From an uncultured delta proteobacterium (GTDB lineage Bacteria; Desulfobacterota; Binatia; UBA9968), in contig CAWFJP010000029.1 of NCBI GenBank assembly GCA_963816145.1, positions 64,001-128,000 on the forward strand: 64,000 nucleotides of DNA. Direction: 5' to 3'. Position 1 is the first letter of the stretch. Each line of letters starts with the position of its first letter. Positions 44,756 through 56,648 of this stretch are shown in pieces. The translations under genes were made by a program, and so were the position numbers. Under the pieces are notes generated by a model. It did not search any database and was not told the origin of the DNA. It saw only the letters and a list, made by a program, of their open reading frames with translations.

Positions 44756-45769
44756 TTAAAGTCCCTTAGTCACCATCAGTTTCGCCAAATCGGCGACCCG
44801 ACAGCTGTAACCCCATTCATTATCGTACCAACTTAGAACTTTGGCCATCTTACCTTCAAGGACCACGGTGGAAAGTCCGTCGACGATGGACGACACGGGA
44901 TTGCCGCGGAAATCGCTGGATACCAGCGGCTCGTCGCAAAAGGCGAGGATGCCGTTCATCTTGCCTTCGGCGCTTTCTTTTAGCGCTGCATTGATCGCTT
45001 CGACCGACGCGGCCTTTTTGAGATCGACGACTAGGTCGACCACGGAAACCGTTGAGGTCGGGACACGCAGAGAAAGGCCGTGCAGTTTGCCTTTTAATTC
45101 CGGCATGACCAAGCCGATGGCTTTGGCCGCTCCCGTGCTCGTCGGCACGATGTTCATCGCTGCGGCGCGGGCGCGGCGCAGGTCTTTGTGCATTAGGTCG
45201 AGTATTCTCTGGTCGTTGGTGTAAGCATGGATGGTGGTCATCAGCCCGCGCTCGATGCCGAAGGCGTCATGTAACACTTTTGCCACTGGCGCCAGACAAT
45301 TGGTCGTGCACGAAGCGTTGGAGACGATATGATGCTTGCGCGGATTGTAGGCGCCATCGTTCACCCCCAACACGAGCGTGATGTCTTCATTGGTCGCTGG
45401 TGCGGTGATGATGGCTTTCATGGCGCCGGCATCCAGATGAGCACGAACTTGCGCCCCGTCGGTGAAAACTCCGGTGGCTTCAATGACGATGTCGACGCCG
45501 AGCTGTTTCCACGGCAGGCGGGCGGGTTCTTTCTGACTGAGCACGGCGATCGACTGGCCGTCGATCTTCATGACGCCGTCACCGCTTTCGACTTTACCGG
45601 GGTAAATGCCGTAGGTCGTGTCGTAGCGAAACAAGTGGGCGTTGGTTTTCAAATCCGCCATGTCGTTGATCGCGACGACGGACAGTTCATTCTTACAGCG
45701 CTCGAGCAGGGTGCGCAGCACCAACCGGCCAATCCGGCCAAATCCATTGATTGCGACTTTGGTTGTCAT
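44756..45769 (-). CDS. gap: type I glyceraldehyde-3-phosphate dehydrogenase
   Basis: [26 protein letters not shown]. Confidence 0.98.
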   Translation of the reverse strand: MTTKVAINGFGRIGRLVLRTLLERCKNELSVVAINDMADLKTNAHLFRYDTTYGIYPGKVESGDGVMKIDGQSIAVLSQKEPARLPWKQLGVDIVIEATGVFTDGAQVRAHLDAGAMKAIITAPATNEDITLVLGVNDGAYNPRKHHIVSNASCTTNCLAPVAKVLHDAFGIERGLMTTIHAYTNDQRILDLMHKDLRRARAAAMNIVPTSTGAAKAIGLVMPELKGKLHGLSLRVPTSTVSVVDLVVDLKKAASVEAINAALKESAEGKMNGILAFCDEPLVSSDFRGNPVSSIVDGLSTVVLEGKMAKVLSWYDNEWGYSCRVADLAKLMVTKGL

Positions 45770-45780
45770 CGGTGCTCCTG

Positions 45781-47100
45781 TTAGTTACAGCCCCGTAAAT
45801 CGGTGGTCAAATATTGATAGCGGTCGCGAAACTGCTCCGCCGAGCAGAAATGCTGCCCCGATGTCGCGGCCTGGGCCAATTGCCGGAGCTTCTCGTCATC
45901 TCTAAAATCTTCTTTTTCCAGGCGGATCATGTATTCCCGCGCGACCCGGTACGACGGTGAATAAATGTCGACTGAACGAACCCGCGTTTTCCCGGTCTTA
46001 GGGTCGAGTAGACCGGGGAAGTCGAGGTATTCGAGTCGGCCATCGACCAGACAAACCAGGGCCCCGTCGAGCTTGGCTACGGCTGCGCTTGGGTTGAGCA
46101 GAAATTCCACAGCGCCGTATCCGAGCGTGCGGACATAGTCGCAATCGAAGGCGACCGGTGCCGCCGAGCGTAGCTCGTAGCCGATATTCTTGTGGATAAC
46201 CGCAGCGGTGGCGCCGCGGCTAACAAAACGGTGCTCGATAAGTGTTTTCAAAATATAAGCGAGGTCGACTTCGGCGAGGCGCAGGTGGCCGTAGCTATCG
46301 TGGACGATCTGCACACCGTCGATATTTTTGAGTTCGTCGATCGGCATATGCTCGAGCAATCCTTCGGCGATCACGGCGACGCCGTCCGACCGATTCCATA
46401 AAGCTTTGCGTTTGAGCATCGCGCCTTCGAGAATGTCGCACACGGTGGCAACGCGAATCGCTCCGGGAAACTCTTCCGGGATGAGTGTGACGGTGGCGCC
46501 GGTGGACTTGCCGATGCCGAGGGCGAGGTGACCCACTGAACGGCCCATCACGACGACGAAATACCAGCGGCCGGTGGTGCGCGAGTCTTCCATCAGATTT
46601 TGCACCAGATCGCTGCCCAGCTGGCGCGCGGTCTCAAAGCCAAAGGTTGGGGTCGCGCCCGGTAGTGGCAAATCGTTGTCGATGGTCTTGGGTACATGGC
46701 AAACCCGGATGCGACCCTGCGCCTCTCTGGCCACTTCGCTGGCCGCAAACATGGTATCGTCGCCCCCGATGGTTGCGAGATAGCCGACGCCGAGCCGGTC
46801 CAGGGTCTCGACGACATGTCGTAAATCGTTCGGCTTTTTCGTCGGATTGGCGCGCGAGGTATTCAAGATCGAACCGCCCTGGAAGTGGACCCTGGACACA
46901 TCGGCATGGTCCAGTTCGCGCACATGATTGGCGTCAGCCTGCATGAGCCAGTGAAAGCCTTCGTAGATGCCGATCACTTTGCGGGCGCGAGTGCGCGCTT
47001 CCAGCGTAATCGCGCTGATGACGCCGTTGATCCCGGGTGCCGGACCTCCGCCGACAAGAATTCCGAGATTAGTCTTGGAAGAGTGACTGTTGTTCGCCAT
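45781..47100 (-). CDS. pfp: pyrophosphate-dependent phosphofructokinase
   Basis: GGGPAPG, GGDD (PPi-type signature), PKTIDND, MGR, GYELR. Confidence 0.9.
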   Translation of the reverse strand: MANNSHSSKTNLGILVGGGPAPGINGVISAITLEARTRARKVIGIYEGFHWLMQADANHVRELDHADVSRVHFQGGSILNTSRANPTKKPNDLRHVVETLDRLGVGYLATIGGDDTMFAASEVAREAQGRIRVCHVPKTIDNDLPLPGATPTFGFETARQLGSDLVQNLMEDSRTTGRWYFVVVMGRSVGHLALGIGKSTGATVTLIPEEFPGAIRVATVCDILEGAMLKRKALWNRSDGVAVIAEGLLEHMPIDELKNIDGVQIVHDSYGHLRLAEVDLAYILKTLIEHRFVSRGATAAVIHKNIGYELRSAAPVAFDCDYVRTLGYGAVEFLLNPSAAVAKLDGALVCLVDGRLEYLDFPGLLDPKTGKTRVRSVDIYSPSYRVAREYMIRLEKEDFRDDEKLRQLAQAATSGQHFCSAEQFRDRYQYLTTDLRGCN

Positions 47101-47180
47101 GATGATATCAAAATGTAGCGATTTCTGTGCCGGTGCAAGTCTCAATCAAGACTGGGTGAGCGGAGGTGATCAGGTTCATC

Positions 47181-47200
47181 ATTTCGCATATCTGCGAAAT
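47181..47200. promoter_or_regulatory. perfect palindrome, candidate enhancer (UAS)
   Basis: ATTTCGCA-TATC-TGCGAAAT in the divergent pfp/ferritin intergenic region. Confidence 0.6.
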
Positions 47201-47278
47201 TTTTTGCTTTTGATTCTTGGCAGCGCGAACTTTTTGCGTCGCGGCTCATGCCGTACATGGATTCACGCAGCACTTTTG

Positions 47279-47293
47279 TGGCATAGACATTGC
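47279..47293 (+). promoter_or_regulatory. sigma-54 -24/-12 promoter
   Basis: TGGCATAGACATTGC (GG-N10-GC). Confidence 0.72.
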
Positions 47294-47380
47294 GCAAGCT
47301 AAAGTATAGATACGAGGATCGTTGTTACAGGAGTGGGGAATTAAACGCGTCGCGGGCAAGCTTAGGAAGGAGAAAAATTT

Positions 47381-47887
47381 ATGGAAGAGATCTCTGATGT
47401 CAATATGATGTTCGATTTGCTGAGGACTCCGGGACAGATTTCGCCGATTGAACGTTTGCTCAACGAGTTTGAAGCCCATGAAAATAAGGAGGAGAAAGCG
47501 CTCGAGTATTACAAGCAAGTGCTCGGTGAAATGCCCAACCCGGCGACTCGCTTTTTACTTCAGCTGATCATTTCAGATGAAGAGAAGCATCGTGCGGTGA
47601 TCCATGCGATGGTCGCAACCTTGAAAGGAAGCCTCACTTGGACCAAGCCGGCGGGCAGTTTAGAAGGGGGCGCTGACTCGGGGGCGGTAGACGGCAAACT
47701 ACTTGAAGTGACTGAAGAGTTTATCCGGATTGAAAAAGAGGGTATCAAGGATTACAAGACCTTGATTGGCGAGAGCGCTGATTACTATCACGGCCTATTC
47801 AAAGTCCTGATGGATTCGATGATTCGCGATTCGGAAAAGCATATCGAGCTGCTTGAATTTCTCAGAGGGAGTCTCAAAACCGCATGA
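47381..47887 (+). CDS. ferritin-like/rubrerythrin-type four-helix protein
   Basis: E..YY, DEEKH, E..DY, DSEKH di-iron-type pattern. Confidence 0.75.
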   Translation: MEEISDVNMMFDLLRTPGQISPIERLLNEFEAHENKEEKALEYYKQVLGEMPNPATRFLLQLIISDEEKHRAVIHAMVATLKGSLTWTKPAGSLEGGADSGAVDGKLLEVTEEFIRIEKEGIKDYKTLIGESADYYHGLFKVLMDSMIRDSEKHIELLEFLRGSLKTA

Positions 47888-48387
47888 TACCCGAAGAGCC
47901 GTTCGATTCTCTATTGGCCTTTGCCGAGATCGAACGGCTCGTTGCCAGGATTTACTTCCGTTTCTCGCATCTGTTTCTTGCCGATCCGGCGCTGCGCGAT
48001 TTCTGGTGGGAGATGGCCAGGGAGGAGGAGCAACATGCTTGCATTCTGCAGGCTTGCCGGGCGGTGATCGAAAACTATGAAGAGGAGCGCTTGGACCCAA
48101 CGGTCAGCCAAGACCGCGCCGACCGGCTGCGCCAATGGCTAGATGCCTTCCTCGCCCAGGGCACGGCGGCGTTGACCGTAGAAGAGTCGTTTCGGATCGC
48201 CCTTGAGATTGAAAGTTCAGAAATCGACGCGATCTATGGCAAACTGATTCATCTGGGCGGCGAACAGATCGCCCGGACCATGGAAAACTTGGGCGTGCCC
48301 GCCGCCATTCAAAGGCAGAAGTTGAAGTCCGCGCTGCGCCGCTTCTGCGATAATCCAGAGCTGCTTCAAGCGGCAGAAAGGCTATAA
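47884..48387 (+). CDS. ferritin-like protein
   Basis: EIERLVARIY, MAREEEQH, ALEIESSE; ATGA overlap with the upstream gene. Confidence 0.65.
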   Translation: MIPEEPFDSLLAFAEIERLVARIYFRFSHLFLADPALRDFWWEMAREEEQHACILQACRAVIENYEEERLDPTVSQDRADRLRQWLDAFLAQGTAALTVEESFRIALEIESSEIDAIYGKLIHLGGEQIARTMENLGVPAAIQRQKLKSALRRFCDNPELLQAAERL

Positions 48388-48454
48388 GCAAGGCCATTGG
48401 CTTGCGCTTTAAATCGCCAAGGCTCGCCCTGTCCTGGGACGCCGCCAACTTTGT

Positions 48455-49399
<945 letters not shown>

Positions 49400-49758
49400 T
49401 TTCCTAGATTCTGCAATGGCTCTCCGCAAGGCTCCTATTCCTAGGAAGATTTTTCTCCCGGGTCTAGCAAATTCATGTGAAATCCCGTGTCTGAGGGCGA
49501 TTTGGCTCGGCTGGTCTCATTCTTGCCTTTTCTCAAGTTGAGGGAGTTCACGCTCGTTATGATTGTGACGGGTCCAAGTGAGTCATGCCTGTCGTTGGTA
49601 CACGACTTCTGATCGACCTGCAGGCCAATTCTGTAAACTCCCGGCGACCCGTCGAAATAGCGGATCCAATCCTATGGGTCACACGGAGAGATATAGATAG
49701 TATGACGCATGGACGCGGCGGGGACGGCATGATGCCCGCTCCCGCGGAACTGGTTACA

Positions 49759-51306
49759 ATGTCGGACGCCCAAGAGTCGCTCGTTCAAGCGATGCTCGAC
49801 CCGCAGTTCTATCCCAAACCGCCGGATACGGTGACCCATAAAGAGACCCATATCTCCCATCTTTTCTTCGCCGGAGAGCTGGTCTTCAAGTTGAAGAAAC
49901 CGGTGCGCTATTCGTTCCTCGATTATTCGACCCTTGAGAAACGGCGTGTCTACTATCAGGAAGAGCTGCGCCTCAACCGGCGTTTAGCTCCGTCGGTCTA
50001 CATCGGTGTCATGCCGATAACCTTTGACGATCTGGGCTGGCGGATCGGCGGTTGGGCCGAGCCGGCGGAGTATGTTCTGGTGATGCGTCGGCTGCCGGAA
50101 AAACGCATGCTGCCGTTTCTGCTCGACACCGGCCAGGTGACAGCGGCGATGATGCGCGAGCTGGCAGAGTTGCTGGCCCACTTCCACCAAGGCGCGGAGC
50201 GGGTCAGGGCTGTCGACCCTGCGCAATACCCGGCGCTGGTTCGGCGCCAATGGTGCGACAACATCGCCGATCTCAACCCCTTCTTGGGTAAAGCCATCGA
50301 CGTGGAAGACTTCCGCGCCGTCGACCAATTCGCCATGGGTTTCATTGAATCCCATGGCGAACTCTTTGCCCGGCGCGCCGCACAAGGTTGGCTGCGCGAC
50401 GTCCATGGGGATCTTCACGCCGAGCATGTCTGTTTCGCTCCAGAGGGGATTCAAGTTTTCGACTGTGTCGAGTTTGAGCCGAAGTTCCGCCGCTGCGATC
50501 TGGCCTCGGAAATCGCCTTCTTGGCGATGGATATTGAGGCGCGCGGTAATGGCGACTTGGTCGAGCCGTTTCTCAGGCGCTATGGTGAACTGCTCCAAGA
50601 CAACGATTTCAGAAAACTTTTGCCGTTTTGGAAATGTTACCGCGCGATGGTGCGCGCAAAAGTTTATGCGTTGCGCGGTAGCGCGGGCTTTGCCACCGCG
50701 CAGGGCTATCTGCGTTATGCGGCGAGGCTCACCTGGGAGCCGCTGCAGCCTTTTTTGATCCTGGTCAGTGGATTTAGCGGCAGCGGCAAGTCGACAGTGG
50801 CGAAAGCGCTAAGCGAACGACTCGGGGTCTCGAGTATCAATTCCGATGTAGTCCGTAAGGCCCTGGCGGGAAAAGTGGGGCGCCAGACTGAGGGATATCT
50901 TGAGGGGATTTATAGCGCGACCATGAGCGAGAAGACCTACGCAAAAATGGCGCGTGATAGCGAAAAGTTAATCGCCCGCGGCCAGGGTGTGATTTTGGAC
51001 GCGACTTTTACCCAGCGCGCCCAACGGCGGCGGATGGTTCGATTGGCGGCAAAACATCATGTGCCGATGTTGCTGATCCATTGTTCAGTTGCCGAGGAGA
51101 TAATTCACCAGCGTTTGATCCAACGAGCGGCCCAAGGGCTCGACGTGTCGGATGGTCGTTGGGAAATCTACCTCCACCAAAAGGACACCTTTGAAGCGCT
51201 TGACGAGGTTGATCCTGGAGCTTGTCTTGAGCTGCGCACGGACGCGGACGTCGACAGGTTAGCTGCCACCTGCGAAAAGTTCTTGCGCGAGCGAATCGTG
51301 CGGTAA
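49759..51306 (+). CDS. aminoglycoside-phosphotransferase-like/P-loop kinase fusion (Rv2004c-like)
   Basis: ETHIS, ELRLNRRLAP, HGDLH, FDCVEF, GFSGSGKS; start uncertain. Confidence 0.85.
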   Translation: MSDAQESLVQAMLDPQFYPKPPDTVTHKETHISHLFFAGELVFKLKKPVRYSFLDYSTLEKRRVYYQEELRLNRRLAPSVYIGVMPITFDDLGWRIGGWAEPAEYVLVMRRLPEKRMLPFLLDTGQVTAAMMRELAELLAHFHQGAERVRAVDPAQYPALVRRQWCDNIADLNPFLGKAIDVEDFRAVDQFAMGFIESHGELFARRAAQGWLRDVHGDLHAEHVCFAPEGIQVFDCVEFEPKFRRCDLASEIAFLAMDIEARGNGDLVEPFLRRYGELLQDNDFRKLLPFWKCYRAMVRAKVYALRGSAGFATAQGYLRYAARLTWEPLQPFLILVSGFSGSGKSTVAKALSERLGVSSINSDVVRKALAGKVGRQTEGYLEGIYSATMSEKTYAKMARDSEKLIARGQGVILDATFTQRAQRRRMVRLAAKHHVPMLLIHCSVAEEIIHQRLIQRAAQGLDVSDGRWEIYLHQKDTFEALDEVDPGACLELRTDADVDRLAATCEKFLRERIVR

Positions 51307-51439
51307 AGCGAGTTTAATAGGGTTTTGAGGGTTTTTGCTTGGGACACCGTTTATTTTTCATTCCTGGGATTTCAGCCCTAATCTATTCTCATCGGTGACA
51401 AAAAATATTCATTTAGCCTGGTAAGCCGACTTACATTGC

Positions 51440-51454
51440 TGGCATGCTAGTTGC
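51440..51454 (+). promoter_or_regulatory. sigma-54 -24/-12 promoter
   Basis: TGGCATGCTAGTTGC; upstream TTTTCA-TTCC-TGGGAT (51355-51370) and TTCTCA-TCGG-TGACAA (51386-51401). Confidence 0.78.
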
Positions 51455-51488
51455 GCTATTAGCTAACTGAGAGAGGTCCGCAAAGGAG

Positions 51489-52397
51489 ATGGGTATGTTT
51501 TCCAAGTTACTGATACCGCTGGATGGGTCCAAGACTGCCGAGAAGGTATTGCCATTTGCGCGTATCTTGGCCACGACATTCAAACTGCCCATTGAACTCT
51601 TGGAAGTCGTCGATATCGCTGCGGCGACGGCGCATATAGCTGCCGATAAGGCGCGTTATCTGGATCGGATCATCGCTGAGGGCGAAAGTGCGAGCCGCGA
51701 GCACTTGGACGAAATCGCCGCGACATTTACCGGTCTTAATGTCACTTGCAAGGTCGAGCGGGGCCGGCCCGCTGACCTGATCATCGAACGAGCTGAGGCG
51801 GAAAAGGGCACGTTGATCGCCATGGCTACCCATGGCCGCTCGGGAATTAACCGCTGGATGATGGGTAGTGTGGCAGAAAAAGTCCTGCGCGGCACGAAGG
51901 TGCCGTTATTCCTGGTGCGCGCTGGTGACGAGGCGGCGGTAGCCCGGACGGTCGATTTCAAGTCCATCGTGGTCCCGCTCGACGGTTCCGAGCTAGCGGC
52001 ATCGGTGTTGGTGACCGTCAGTGAAATCGCCAAAATGCTCGATATCGAGATCGTTCTCTGCCGCGCCTATGAACTCGCGGCGACGGCTTACTATGGCAGT
52101 GAAGACTATCTGCCCAAGTACGACGAAATGCTCCGTGAGCTAAAGGAAGACGTGGAAGACTATCTCAAGAAGAAAGTCGAGGGGTTGAAGGCCGGTGGCT
52201 TAGCCAAGGTGTCGTGGGTTGCGCTGGAAGGTTCCGGCGCTGAGGCGATTGTCCGCTACGCCAATGCGCGTCCTGATGTGCTCATCGCGATGTGCACCCA
52301 CGGCCGGTCCGGCGTGAGCCGTTGGACGCTTGGTAGCGTGACTGAGAAAGTAGTGCGCCACTCTGATGAACCGGTGCTGGTGTTGCATGCCGGTTGA
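51489..52397 (+). CDS. tandem-domain universal stress protein
   Basis: Two PLDGS and two THGRSG..GSV motifs. Confidence 0.93.
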   Translation: MGMFSKLLIPLDGSKTAEKVLPFARILATTFKLPIELLEVVDIAAATAHIAADKARYLDRIIAEGESASREHLDEIAATFTGLNVTCKVERGRPADLIIERAEAEKGTLIAMATHGRSGINRWMMGSVAEKVLRGTKVPLFLVRAGDEAAVARTVDFKSIVVPLDGSELAASVLVTVSEIAKMLDIEIVLCRAYELAATAYYGSEDYLPKYDEMLRELKEDVEDYLKKKVEGLKAGGLAKVSWVALEGSGAEAIVRYANARPDVLIAMCTHGRSGVSRWTLGSVTEKVVRHSDEPVLVLHAG

Positions 52398-52449
52398 ACA
52401 GAGCCGGAGCCCAGGTGAGAGAAATAACGCCGCTCGCAAGGAGGTTTTT

Positions 52450-52920
52450 ATGAGCAAGATAAGAAAGATATTGGCACCGACTGATTACTCCGATTTGTCG
52501 ATCACCGGTTTACGGCATGCCTTCGAGGATGCCCACGAGACCGGCGCCGAGTTGATCGTGCTGCATGTCATTGACATGGGCGATGACTGGTTTGGTACAC
52601 CCAAGAATTTCGCGCCGGTGCGCACTTTGCTGGCTGAGCAGCAAGAGTTTCTCGATAAGTTTCTAAGAGAGAATTTCGCTGAGTTCATGAATGTGGTCGA
52701 AGTGCGTCAGAAAGTCGAACTGGGCACGGCCTACGCAAACATCGCCGCCATGGCCGAGCGCGAAGCCGTTGACGTTGTAATGATGTCGACCCATGGGCGC
52801 ACCGGGCTGGATCACGTCCTGCTCGGCAGCGTTACCGAGAAGGTGATTGCCCATGCGCATTGTCCGGTGCTGGCGATTCCGGCGCCGAAGCGGCACGACA
52901 CGGTGCCTAAGGCGGCGTGA
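52450..52920 (+). CDS. universal stress protein
   Basis: ILAPTDYS, STHGRTG..LGSVTEKV. Confidence 0.92.
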   Translation: MSKIRKILAPTDYSDLSITGLRHAFEDAHETGAELIVLHVIDMGDDWFGTPKNFAPVRTLLAEQQEFLDKFLRENFAEFMNVVEVRQKVELGTAYANIAAMAEREAVDVVMMSTHGRTGLDHVLLGSVTEKVIAHAHCPVLAIPAPKRHDTVPKAA

Positions 52921-52950
52921 GGCGTCGAGTAACTCGGCCGGGTGGTTAAG

Positions 52951-53555
52951 TCACTTCATGCCGCCGCTTAGGAGAACTGCGCTGAGCGAGATGCCGACGG
53001 CGACATTGTGACCGTCGAGGGCGCTGTCCGTGCCTCGCGCCACCGATCGGTAGAGGAACGCGAGCAGCACCATGAGCAGTTGGCCGATGAGAAACCACAG
53101 GATGGCCGTGGTCAAACCGTTCTCCCAATCGTAGAATGCACCGCCAATCACGTAGGCGCTGGCCATGTAGGTGGCGCCTTCGATGAGCGCCACGGCGACA
53201 TTTTCCCCTGCACGACCTCGCGGTTGTTGCTAAAGTGATAAAGGATGAACCAGTCATTCAAAAACCGCGAGATATAAATCAGCACGATTGCCAAAATCGC
53301 CTGGAGCGTAAAATCCGCTGCTCCCGAGTCGTCCTGGCCGCGGTCAAAGATCCCAAACAATGAAAAAACCACGGCGATGGCGAACAGAGTGTAGCGCAGC
53401 CCCAATGCCGGATTGTCGCGCCGCAGCAATTCGTTGATCGGGTCATAGCCTTCGAGCTTGCCGGTCAACCAGAGAAACCCCGCCAAGCAGATCAACAAGA
53501 GCAAGACGCCGGCGGCGAGCGAGAGCGGACCGATCAGGACGCTATGCCATTCCAT
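52951..53555 (-). pseudogene. DUF350-like membrane protein, frameshifted near 53200 and possibly truncated
   Basis: Repeated units ELLRRDNPALGL and GHNVAVGI; NVAVALIE is restored by a 1-nt shift. Confidence 0.6.
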
Positions 53556-53657
53556 TTCGTTCTCCCGGGTTGCGCGTACCATGGCCGAAGTGTAACTTCG
53601 CTCGAAAGTATCATGGTGGAAAAAGCGCTGTAAAGCGTTGGAAGGAGAGTCGCGCGC

Positions 53658-55031
53658 GTGGAGTCCTATTCACAATTGATCGGTAAATTCGCCGCTGGCT
53701 TGAAGCTGGTCGATATGCCACCTGCGGTCGTCGAGAAAGCCAAGTTAGTTTTTCTCGATACCCTCGGTGTCGCACTGGCATCGTCGACCATGGATTTTGG
53801 CGCGATGGTCACTAAGGTGGCCCAGAAGCTCGGCGGCGCGGCCGATAGCTTGATCATCGGTTCGCCGGACCGGGTGGCCGCGGCCAATGCGGTGATCGCC
53901 AATGGCACTCTAGCCCATGGTTTGGACTACGATGATACCTTGGAAGAGGCGATCGTCCACACCGGCTCGTGCGCGTGGATGACCGCCTTCGCGGTGGCGG
54001 AAGAAACCGCCGCGAGCGGGCGAGCGCTTTTGGAGGCCGCCATCGTCGGCACCGAGGTGCTGTGTAAGATTGGTCTTGTTGCGCCGGGAAAGTTTCATGC
54101 CCGCGGTTTTCATCCGACGGCGATCTGTTCGACTTTCGGCGCAGCGGCGGCGGCGGGCCGGCTCTACGGATTGAGCCCTGCACAATGGATCGACGCCTTT
54201 GGTCTATGCGGCAGCCAGAGCTCGGGAATCATCGAATATTTGGCCGACGGCACATGGACCAAGCGCTTGCATCCCGGATGGTCTTCTCATGGCGGCGTCA
54301 TTGCGGCGCTGCTGGCCAAAGAAGGTTTTCGCGGTCCGGCAAAAGTCTTCGAAGGCATCAACGGTTTCTTTCCGTCGTTCGGCGGCAAGAACGATTACCA
54401 CTATGAGAAAATCGCCGAGCTTGGCAAGATCTGGGAGATCCCCAGGCTGACGTTCAAGTCTTATCCCTGCGGTTCGATCTCCCATCCCTACATGGATTGC
54501 GCCCTCAAGATTAAGCAGAAGCATGCTCCGGCGCCGGCGCGGATCAAAGAAGTCGTGTGTCGCACGGCCGAAGGGCCGGTGCATCGTCTGTGGGAACCGT
54601 TGGCGGACAAGCAGACGCCGATCAGCTCCTACGGTGCCAAGTTCAGCTTGCCCTACAGTATCGCGGTCATGCTGGTCCGTGGCCGAGCCGGCTTGGAGGA
54701 GTTTACCGACCAAGCGATTCGCGACACCGAAGTCTTACAGCTAGCCGCAAAAGTTCGTTACCAACTCGATGCGAGCATCGATTACCCGCGCCATTTTTCC
54801 GGCCATGTCAAAGTTTATCTCGATGACGGCACCCTGCTCGAAGAAAATCAGCCGCACCCGCGCGGCGGTTTTGAAGACCCCTTGCCGCCGTCTGACATCG
54901 AGGCAAAGTTTCGCACCAACGCTAAACTCGCGTTGCCGATGAACCAAGTGGAACAAGTTCTTGACGCCGTGCAGCATTTGGAACAGCTGCCTTCGACGCG
55001 GGGGCTAAGCGATCTGTTGATGCCATCATGA
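53658..55031 (+). CDS. MmgE/PrpD family protein
   Basis: HGLDYDD, RGFHPT, KRLHPG, KSYPC, KFSLPY. Confidence 0.9.
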   Translation: MESYSQLIGKFAAGLKLVDMPPAVVEKAKLVFLDTLGVALASSTMDFGAMVTKVAQKLGGAADSLIIGSPDRVAAANAVIANGTLAHGLDYDDTLEEAIVHTGSCAWMTAFAVAEETAASGRALLEAAIVGTEVLCKIGLVAPGKFHARGFHPTAICSTFGAAAAAGRLYGLSPAQWIDAFGLCGSQSSGIIEYLADGTWTKRLHPGWSSHGGVIAALLAKEGFRGPAKVFEGINGFFPSFGGKNDYHYEKIAELGKIWEIPRLTFKSYPCGSISHPYMDCALKIKQKHAPAPARIKEVVCRTAEGPVHRLWEPLADKQTPISSYGAKFSLPYSIAVMLVRGRAGLEEFTDQAIRDTEVLQLAAKVRYQLDASIDYPRHFSGHVKVYLDDGTLLEENQPHPRGGFEDPLPPSDIEAKFRTNAKLALPMNQVEQVLDAVQHLEQLPSTRGLSDLLMPS

Positions 55032-55055
55032 TGGTATTCATGGCAGCGTCCGGCG

Positions 55056-55727
55056 GTGAAACTTGTGCGGGCCCATACCAGACAATCCATCTTTCGCACG
55101 GCGAGTTACGCCTTATTGCTGATCGGTTCGATTGCTTGCGGCGGCGGCAGCTTTAATAACCTGCGTAATCTCGGTTCGACGAGAGAGGCGATCGTCGGTT
55201 TGGGCGACAGTTTGACCGAAGGTGTCGGTGCCAATCCGGGCGAAGACTATCCTGCGGTCCTGTTGCGCGAACTAGCCTTTCCGGTGGTCAATCGAGGCAG
55301 ACGCAGCGACACCACGGCAGACGCACTGGCGCGCTTACCCGAAGTCCTGGAACGCGATCCGCGCCTGGTGATTGTCTTATTGGGCGGCAACGACTTTTTG
55401 CGCCAGGTGCCGCGCCGCGAGACTAAAAAGAATTTGGCAGAGGTCGTGCGGCGCTTGCAGGACCATGGCGCGATGGTGGCGATCGCCGGGATGCGACTCG
55501 GGCTCTTTACCGATGAATTCAGCCCGATCTACAAAGAGTCGGCCGAGCAATTTGGCGCCTACTATATTCCCCAGGTGATGCAAGGAATCCTTAGCGATCC
55601 CCAACTCAAAAGCGATCCAATCCATCCCAACGCTGCGGGGTATCGCTTGCTCGGACAACCTATCGCCGAGAAGCTCAAGTCGCTACTGCGCGAGGCAGAT
55701 CGCTTGACCGGGCGGCGCGGCGCTTAG
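55056..55727 (+). CDS. GDSL/SGNH esterase
   Basis: GDSL, GGND, DPIHPN. Confidence 0.88.
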   Translation: MKLVRAHTRQSIFRTASYALLLIGSIACGGGSFNNLRNLGSTREAIVGLGDSLTEGVGANPGEDYPAVLLRELAFPVVNRGRRSDTTADALARLPEVLERDPRLVIVLLGGNDFLRQVPRRETKKNLAEVVRRLQDHGAMVAIAGMRLGLFTDEFSPIYKESAEQFGAYYIPQVMQGILSDPQLKSDPIHPNAAGYRLLGQPIAEKLKSLLREADRLTGRRGA

Positions 55728-56616
55728 TCAGGTAATAGACAGCCACGCCGGTCACAAGGATCGCTGCCCAAGTAACTATGCCGCTGACGATTTTTGGATC
55801 GTTGGCGCCGAACAGCCATCCTAGTTGATCGCGTTTGAAGTCGCCGAATACTCGCAGAGTTTTTAATCCGAACACCCAGCCAGCGTGCAATCCAATGGCG
55901 AGAAACAAATTGCCGGAACGGTCCACGGCAAACGACAGAACCGCGCCGACCAGGAATAATCCGATGAGGCCGGGCACCATAGGCAGCGGGTCAAGAAACG
56001 GCGTGAAGGTATAAACCAAATGACGGAATCCGGCGCTGGGCTCCAGTTGGTCGAGGTAATAGGGCTCGCCCGGTTTGACGAAATGCACAGCTGTATAGAA
56101 TAGGTTGGCCAAGAGATAGGCGCGGCAATTATAGCCATGGGCACGCAGCCCCATGAACAGGATGCCACGAAAAAATAGCTCCTCCAGTGCGCCGGCAAAA
56201 ACTCCGGCAGCCGCGGCACTAGTGATGCGTGACAAGGTGAGGGATCCGCTGAGACGAAAAAATGGCGTAAAGACTTCGGCGACTGTCATTGCGGTGATGA
56301 TCAAGAGAATGGAGGCTGCCGCCAGTCCCAACCCTGCGGTGAAATCTTGTCGCGCCGTGGCGCCGCCGACTTGAAGCAGCTCTCTCAGTTGTGCGGTCAT
56401 TAGTGCGCGGCGATTAACAAGAAATAGCAGGACACCGGAAAGCATGAAGGCGCGATCGAAGGTGCGATGAAACGGAATCCGCTGTGGCATCAAAGCCGGC
56501 CACTGGGTCATGAACCAGTCGGCGCCCAGAGACAAGACTGGACTGATGACACAAGCGAGGGCCAGGGCGATCGCCAGGAAGAGCAGCAGTCGTTGATGCG
56601 GTTGCCACGATTTCAT
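55675..56616 (-). CDS. CPBP (Abi/CAAX) intramembrane protease
   Basis: EELFFRG, VHF, GLHAGW; multi-TM. Confidence 0.85.
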   Translation of the reverse strand: MKSWQPHQRLLLFLAIALALACVISPVLSLGADWFMTQWPALMPQRIPFHRTFDRAFMLSGVLLFLVNRRALMTAQLRELLQVGGATARQDFTAGLGLAAASILLIITAMTVAEVFTPFFRLSGSLTLSRITSAAAAGVFAGALEELFFRGILFMGLRAHGYNCRAYLLANLFYTAVHFVKPGEPYYLDQLEPSAGFRHLVYTFTPFLDPLPMVPGLIGLFLVGAVLSFAVDRSGNLFLAIGLHAGWVFGLKTLRVFGDFKRDQLGWLFGANDPKIVSGIVTWAAILVTGVAVYYLTKRRAARSSDLPRAVAT

Positions 56617-56648
56617 GAACTTCTGAACTATGTTATAGCGACGGATCG

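Noticed and set aside
49596-49610. TGGTACACGACTTCT as a sigma-54 promoter
   Set aside because: The -12 position is CT rather than GC; kept only as a weak possibility.
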